Origin: an uncultured virus (IMG/VR IMGVR_UViG_3300025033_000016)
Lineage: Duplodnaviria > Heunggongvirae > Uroviricota > Caudoviricetes
DNA: 20,000 nucleotides
Reading direction: 5' to 3' (one strand)
Virus record (IMG/VR): IMGVR_UViG_3300025033_000016
Shown here: positions 15,610 to 20,000 of the stretch, piece after piece
Position numbering within the stretch: position 1 is the stretch's first letter
How the letters are laid out: each line of letters begins with the position of its first letter
Made by a program: the position numbers and the translations under genes
The notes under the pieces: model-generated
Database searches by the model: none
What the model saw: only the letters and a program-made list of their open reading frames with translations
What the model was told of the DNA's origin: nothing

Positions 15610-15638
15610 TAGACTTAGATTAGAAGCATTGCTACTAT
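15610..15638 (+). promoter_or_regulatory. sigma70-type promoter
   Basis: TAGACT-17nt-TACTAT with TG extension, upstream of AGGAG SD and ATG 15660. Confidence 0.5.
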
Positions 15639-15659
15639 GCAAGGCTTAGGAGAAATATA

Positions 15660-16082
15660 ATGTTAACTAGTCAAGATATACACAAGCTGCCTATAGGCAC
15701 TATACTAATATCTAGAAAATATGATATGAAGGCTGCGGCTAATCAGAGACGCATTAAGGAAGGATTTAGAAGAATGAAGCTACTAGAATACCACGTGACA
15801 GGGGCAATTGAACGAGGCGAAGCTGAGCCGATAGTATGCGTTAAGCCGCTACCTACCTTGGTTTACTTTAAGAAGTTCCCCGAAGGTGACGTAATAGCCT
15901 TAATGCCTAGGGAAGCATACAATCATCATAGCACTGATATCATGAGTTATCAGCGAATAGGGCAACATGGGGCAGCTAGTATTGAACTATTGACAGAATT
16001 AGAGGATGCTGATAGGGTAGAGCGTAACAGTCTTAAACGGGAACTAATTAGCTTAGGCTATCACATAATTGAAGGGAACTAG
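15660..16082 (+). CDS. Hypothetical phage protein
   Basis: AGGAG SD; C-terminal half VYFKKF.EGDVIAL.P...SYQRIGQHG...LKREL..LGY looks like a conserved phage domain of unknown function. Confidence 0.75.
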   Translation: MLTSQDIHKLPIGTILISRKYDMKAAANQRRIKEGFRRMKLLEYHVTGAIERGEAEPIVCVKPLPTLVYFKKFPEGDVIALMPREAYNHHSTDIMSYQRIGQHGAASIELLTELEDADRVERNSLKRELISLGYHIIEGN

Positions 16083-16083
16083 T

Positions 16084-16554
16084 ATGAAACTAATGAAAAC
16101 ACTAACAATTGCAGGACTTTTAGCACTAGCCGCGTGCGGCAGCGATCAGGTTACTATCGTACAATCATGTAGCATTGAGGACACTAGCGAAGGTGTAGCC
16201 ATGACTTGTGGTGACGTGACCGAACTAGTTAGGCACGGCTCTAACGGCTTAGACGGCGCTAACGGAGTCGATGGAGTAGACGGGCTAGACGGCACTAATG
16301 GCTTAGATGGCGTCGATGGACAGGATGGCGCTAACGGACTAGACGGCCAAGATGGAGTAAGTCCTATCTTAGCCATTATCGACCCTTGCGGAGATAATCC
16401 AGGTAAGCCGGACGAGGTGCTCTTTCAACTTGATTCAGGCATAGCAGCTTGGTACCAGGACATTGGCTTAGTACTACTAGGCAATCGTAATTACATTACT
16501 ACGGACGAACAAGCTTGTAGGTTTAGAATCACTAACGGACAATACTCCGAATAA
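16084..16554 (+). CDS. Lipoprotein with acidic collagen-like Gly-X-Y repeat
   Basis: Lipobox LAAC; uninterrupted G-X-Y run (GSN GLD GAN GVD ... GQD GVS); Cys-containing flanks. Confidence 0.85.
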   Translation: MKLMKTLTIAGLLALAACGSDQVTIVQSCSIEDTSEGVAMTCGDVTELVRHGSNGLDGANGVDGVDGLDGTNGLDGVDGQDGANGLDGQDGVSPILAIIDPCGDNPGKPDEVLFQLDSGIAAWYQDIGLVLLGNRNYITTDEQACRFRITNGQYSE

Positions 16555-16562
16555 TATTAGCG

Positions 16563-16597
16563 GGCCTTTGTTAGACTATCTAGCAAGGGCCTTTATT
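16563..16597 (+). terminator. Intrinsic terminator-like hairpin
   Basis: GGCCTTTGTTAGA-CTA-TCTAGCAAGGGCC stem (two G-U pairs) followed by TTTATT. Confidence 0.65.
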
Positions 16598-16607
16598 AAA
16601 ACTTAAC

Positions 16608-16636
16608 TTGACGCTAGGTGTTAACCTTGCTATTCT
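16608..16636 (+). promoter_or_regulatory. sigma70-type promoter
   Basis: TTGACG-17nt-TATTCT with TG extension. Confidence 0.7.
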
Positions 16637-16657
16637 TAAATTATATCGGGGAGGATT

Positions 16658-16867
16658 ATGGCTATGCAAGTTAGAGACTTCATACTAAATATGGACTACC
16701 CAGCTAAGCGGTGGTATATGCAAACGATGCGCAATAGATTAGACTACGGCATTGAGGACTTAACAGACTGTAAGTGTATAGCTGAGGAGGTATTCTTCGG
16801 CTATGTGCTACCCTATAACTTAGATAATGCCGAGCAACTAGACTTGTTCGAAACTTTGGAGGACTAA
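16658..16867 (+). CDS. Hypothetical protein with QLDLF motif near the C-terminus
   Basis: GGGGAGG SD; ends AEQLDLFETLED. Confidence 0.7.
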   Translation: MAMQVRDFILNMDYPAKRWYMQTMRNRLDYGIEDLTDCKCIAEEVFFGYVLPYNLDNAEQLDLFETLED

Positions 16868-17436
16868 TGAGATTCACTAATATTAGAAATAAAGACGGTA
16901 AGACTTTGACTACCTATGAGACTGTAATCATGGCCGCTACTTTGAAGGACTTGTTAGCCGCGCTAGGGTTCATTACAGATTATGACTTAATTAACAAGCG
17001 CTCCTTTAGACTAAGCTTAAATAGAGGTAGCTTTAGAATTAACACGGCTATGCTAGGTCGAAACGGTAGACGCGACTCTAGGTGGCAAGATACAATCAAA
17101 GGCTACAAGTTTACGGACGTGCCTACCTGGGAGCAACGCAAGGACTACAACCACGAGGTTAACAGGTATCTAGACGAGTTAGGCATTAGCGCTACCGTGC
17201 GTAACGGATTCTACACTATCCGCAAGGGTAGGGAGGCTGTAACGTCATGGACTCCTATGGATAATAGCTTTGATATCGAACCCGCAAGCGACCTACACGA
17301 AGAACTAGACTCGGACGCTAGAATCAAAGCGCACCGCAAAGCTCAATATGCTGAGCGTAAGGCAGCGGCGCAAGCTAGGCGACCTAAAGTAGTAAGGGAT
17401 GCGATTCGAGAGGACTTGTTAAGTGAAACGGTTTAA
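16867..17436 (+). CDS. Hypothetical protein with RDxLREDL-type tail
   Basis: 189 aa; charged helical linker, then ARRPKVVRDAIREDLLSETV. Confidence 0.8.
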   Translation: MRFTNIRNKDGKTLTTYETVIMAATLKDLLAALGFITDYDLINKRSFRLSLNRGSFRINTAMLGRNGRRDSRWQDTIKGYKFTDVPTWEQRKDYNHEVNRYLDELGISATVRNGFYTIRKGREAVTSWTPMDNSFDIEPASDLHEELDSDARIKAHRKAQYAERKAAAQARRPKVVRDAIREDLLSETV

Positions 17437-17782
17437 GTATAGCGGCGAAGGTAGCGTAGACAATGGCGTCTACCTGCACGTACAAGTCAACGATGAAACT
17501 TTTATAGCTAAGGCTATAGGGGAGAAGTATAACGAGTCTAACTACAATTATGACGATCATTGGGAGGATACCATAGTCCAGATACTAAATGCTAAAACAG
17601 GTTGGGACTTCTTTTATACTCCGCAAGATAATAGAGGGTATTGGGACGTAGTAGACGATGAGCATATAGTTGAAGGTGCCGGAGGGTACTACTACCTAGA
17701 CGAACTAACCTCCTGGGAAATAGCCGATCTTAGACCTAAGCTAATACGTGATAGTTTAAGGGAGGACTTGTTAGGTGAGTAA
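17423..17782 (+). CDS. Acidic aromatic-rich protein with RDxLREDL tail
   Basis: GTG start with GAGAGGA SD; ends ADLRPKLIRDSLREDLLGE. Confidence 0.8.
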   Translation: MKRFKYSGEGSVDNGVYLHVQVNDETFIAKAIGEKYNESNYNYDDHWEDTIVQILNAKTGWDFFYTPQDNRGYWDVVDDEHIVEGAGGYYYLDELTSWEIADLRPKLIRDSLREDLLGE

Positions 17783-17873
17783 CTTACTAGATAATTTATA
17801 CTTAATGTTAGTTGTATTTATATTAATAAGCTACGGAGCTATTCTACTCTTCTTAGCTACATTGGAGGCATAA
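17775..17873 (+). CDS. Small single-TM protein (32 aa)
   Basis: GTG 17775 with GGGAGG SD from the upstream tail; MSNLLDNLYLMLVVFILISYGAILLFLATLEA; TAATG coupling to the next ORF. Confidence 0.6.
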   Translation: MSNLLDNLYLMLVVFILISYGAILLFLATLEA

Positions 17874-18094
17874 TGGGCAAACTAAAAGACAAGGTAACTG
17901 CTAGAAACTTAGATAATAAGATACTACTAGGCCGGTTAAAAGACTACATAGACAAGCACGACAAGACTAGGTTTATCCAGGCACTAGTGGCTTTGGATAT
18001 TCTCCCTGATATCTCGCTAGAGTTATTCTATGAAGAGTCGGGAGATACCTTGAATAGGGTATATGATAAGAAAAAAACAGACGCTCCATTTTAA
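17873..18094 (+). CDS. Hypothetical phage protein
   Basis: GGAGG SD; RFIQAL...LFYEES..TL; 73 aa. Confidence 0.75.
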   Translation: MGKLKDKVTARNLDNKILLGRLKDYIDKHDKTRFIQALVALDILPDISLELFYEESGDTLNRVYDKKKTDAPF

Positions 18095-18097
18095 CAC

Positions 18098-18126
18098 TTG
18101 ACAATCAACTAAGTAGCACGTAAGCT
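18098..18126 (+). promoter_or_regulatory. sigma70-type promoter
   Basis: TTGACA-17nt-TAAGCT. Confidence 0.7.
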
Positions 18127-18130
18127 GTTA

Positions 18131-18242
18131 GATAGGTCCTAGGTTAGTAATTAGTAAGTAAGCTTCGCATCAAGATAATCATCTAGTAAGTTTGCCTCTA
18201 TTCCCTCCCAACCCCTCAACTAACCTGGGGCCTTTCTATTTT
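18131..18242 (+). ncRNA. Candidate small RNA or structured leader
   Basis: Begins at the predicted +1; 5' arm AGGTCCTAGGTTAGT (18134-18148) pairs with ACTAACCTGGGGCCT (18219-18233), 15 bp including two G-U; T-rich tail; loop contains TTCCCTCCCAACCCCTC. Confidence 0.5.
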
Positions 18243-18273
18243 CAACAACACACTAAACTATATGAGGTATAAC

Positions 18274-18423
18274 ATGGAACTAACTAGCGAAGAGTTAGCA
18301 TTGATTAGCACATGGGACGGTAGCCTATTAGACGATATCACGCAAGTAACTGGGAGTCATATTCTATATAACTTGATTGATAAGGTCATTGAGCTATCGA
18401 CGCAAAGCAGCGAGGTGCACTAA
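18274..18423 (+). CDS. Small hypothetical protein (49 aa)
   Basis: GAGGT SD; MELTSEELALISTWDGSLL...SEVH; abuts the next ATG. Confidence 0.6.
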   Translation: MELTSEELALISTWDGSLLDDITQVTGSHILYNLIDKVIELSTQSSEVH

Positions 18424-18642
18424 ATGGCTAAGGTATTCATAGAGCATTCTAAGCTGGGCAAGCTAATTACCTTTCACATAAGCCATTTAGACGCGCAAGG
18501 GCGGTCCGTAGTGAGTTTAAATGAAGAAAACGAGTGGGAGTTCCTACTAAGCCCAAAGACTGCCAGGGAGCTAATACGGGCCTTAGAAGAGCAATTAGAT
18601 ATTGCCCAAGTAAAAGATGAAAATAAATCGTTGGCATGGTAA
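18424..18642 (+). CDS. Hypothetical protein
   Basis: GAGGTG SD; 72 aa. Confidence 0.7.
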   Translation: MAKVFIEHSKLGKLITFHISHLDAQGRSVVSLNEENEWEFLLSPKTARELIRALEEQLDIAQVKDENKSLAW

Positions 18643-18650
18643 TTGCCTTG

Positions 18651-18679
18651 TTGACACAATGTAGAATAATAACTAAACT
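18651..18679 (+). promoter_or_regulatory. sigma70-type promoter for the AAA+ operon
   Basis: TTGACA-17nt-TAAACT, upstream of GGAGGAG SD. Confidence 0.65.
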
Positions 18680-18712
18680 AGACATACAAAAAAAATCGGA
18701 GGAGAATAGAGT

Positions 18713-19816
18713 ATGAATATTAAACCGAGTGACATTTTCGCAGTTATGGATATGGCTAAGCTAGCACGAGAGAATGGGGATAACTTAATCCCTTGCTTTA
18801 GAGGTGACGCAGGACTAGGCAAGTCTCAAATTGTATTCCAATGGGCAGCGTTAAATGAGATGCCCGTGGTAGACCGTAGACTAGCCCTAGACGAGGCTCC
18901 AGACCTTAAAGGCTTTCCACACGTAACTGTGGAGGAGGGCACGCAGCGTACTATCTACGCAGTACCTAGTCACTGGCCTACGGACCCTAAGTGGCAAGGT
19001 GTTATCTTCCTAGACGAGGTTAACCGTGCCGATCCTTCAGTAACTAATGCTTGTATGCAGCTATTCACTGATCGTAAGCTTGGCGAGTATACTTTGCCTC
19101 AAGATGCTATCTTGGTCACAGCTATCAATGGAGACACTTATGATGTTAACCCAATGGACGCAGCACTAGCTGATAGGCAAATCATCTACGACGTAGCGTA
19201 TGACAAGTCTACGTTTCAGAAGTACATGGCGTCTAAGAACTATAACAAGGCTATTCAATCATTCATTAAAAGTGGTAATTGGACTTACCGTAGGCCAGAC
19301 GAGTTAGCCGATGGAGAAACCTATGTATCTCCTAGATCATGGTCTAGGTTAAACATGCTGCTACGCTGTAATCCTAATGCGGATATCTTGTTTAAGTCTT
19401 GCGTAGCTGTACTGGGGGCTAGTGTAGGTCGTGAGTTCTACGCTTTCATGACTAACGATAGACCACTGTATGCAGCGGACTTTGCTGATAAGAAAGCTTG
19501 GAAGGCTAACTTTAAGCGCCTAGACGAGTTTAACAATGTTAAGAATCGGAGAGCTGATTTGCTTAAGGTATCGTCAGACTCTATAATCGACGAGGTTAAG
19601 GCTAACGGATTTAACGGTATCGTCACTAAGGACCTAGCCGCTGAGGTAGCGCAGCATATGCCGCTAGACCTAGCAGTAGAGTTCTTGTCTGATATCACAA
19701 TTGCAGCGCAGCCAAACACTGACGATAAGACTGTGATTAAAGCTAACGAGTTCTTCTTTAAAGACTACCCTAAGTTACGTGAGTACCTTAAAGATAGACT
19801 CTCAACACAAAGCTAA
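18713..19816 (+). CDS. MoxR-like AAA+ ATPase (AAA_5 type)
   Basis: Walker A GDAGLGKS, Walker B VIFLDEVNRA, sensor-1 VTAIN, Arg finger MDAALADR, sensor-2 SPRSW; 367 aa. Confidence 0.9.
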   Translation: MNIKPSDIFAVMDMAKLARENGDNLIPCFRGDAGLGKSQIVFQWAALNEMPVVDRRLALDEAPDLKGFPHVTVEEGTQRTIYAVPSHWPTDPKWQGVIFLDEVNRADPSVTNACMQLFTDRKLGEYTLPQDAILVTAINGDTYDVNPMDAALADRQIIYDVAYDKSTFQKYMASKNYNKAIQSFIKSGNWTYRRPDELADGETYVSPRSWSRLNMLLRCNPNADILFKSCVAVLGASVGREFYAFMTNDRPLYAADFADKKAWKANFKRLDEFNNVKNRRADLLKVSSDSIIDEVKANGFNGIVTKDLAAEVAQHMPLDLAVEFLSDITIAAQPNTDDKTVIKANEFFFKDYPKLREYLKDRLSTQS

Positions 19817-19834
19817 ATAGAAAGGTAGATAACA

Positions 19835-20000
19835 ATGTCAAAATATCTCATTGAAGCTACGATTTATAACTTGCAAAATAAGCAGCCCTACTTGGGGCGG
19901 CTTATGCAAATCATGACTACTAAAGTAACCGATAGATTCCCTATCGCAGGAGTACGTTTTGATAAGAAGACTCGCAAGTTTGAAATGCTAATCAACATGG
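19835..20000 (+). CDS. 5' part of a probable DUF2201-type metallopeptidase/VWA-like partner protein
   Basis: MSKYLIEATIYNLQNKQPYLGRLMQIMTTKVTDRFPIAGVRFDKKTRKFEMLINM, open to the edge. The PxxGxL...PxAGV...IN pattern and the position after a MoxR ATPase fit; the HExxH motif would lie outside the window. Confidence 0.6.
   Translation, partial: MSKYLIEATIYNLQNKQPYLGRLMQIMTTKVTDRFPIAGVRFDKKTRKFEMLINM

Noticed and set aside
14860..16082. LATLQGDL (ORF 14719) and ERNSLKREL (ORF 15660) as further copies of the tail
   Set aside because: They lack the V-R-x-x-L-x-[ED]-D-L register; the similarity is at the level expected for any amphipathic helix.
18131..18242. tRNA gene
   Set aside because: No cloverleaf, TTC-containing T-loop or CCA end; kept only as an unclassified RNA candidate.
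4915..19719. Alternative-frame or antisense ORFs 4915-5127, 5990-6253, 8056-8250, 11490-11672, 16146-16376, 18467-18685, 18474-18659, 19438-19719
   Set aside because: They overlap better-supported plus-strand genes; 16146-16376 is simply the antisense of the collagen repeat.

Overview
This window reads as part of a tailed dsDNA phage genome, probably infecting a Gram-negative, sigma54-using host (inference). It has three parts. (1) A minus-strand arm (1-3.9 kb) with the probable start of a terminase large subunit, a dCTP deaminase and a GH24 lysozyme. (2) A plus-strand run of small genes including thyX, a PQ-loop protein, a stand-alone AP2 domain, lipoproteins and a secreted S8 subtilase. (3) A regulatory island at ~13.1-13.4 kb with six sigma54-type -24/-12 boxes, palindromic enhancer-like sites and an IHF site, followed by more small genes and a MoxR-type AAA+ ATPase with a truncated probable DUF2201 partner. 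The main unexplained signal is a C-terminal peptide tail, consensus (R)xx[LAV][VI]R[DNSA][AS]L[RV][EDK]DL, on 11 mostly unrelated small proteins across both strands. It is conserved as protein despite synonymous codon changes, and in six cases its R-E-D codons double as the Shine-Dalgarno site of the next gene. Also found: five sigma70-type promoters with ATG exactly 6 nt after the -10 box (leaderless mRNAs), a ~110-nt candidate small RNA with an anti-SD-like loop, and a pseudogene with two in-frame stops. All family assignments come from motif recognition by eye; no database searches were run.
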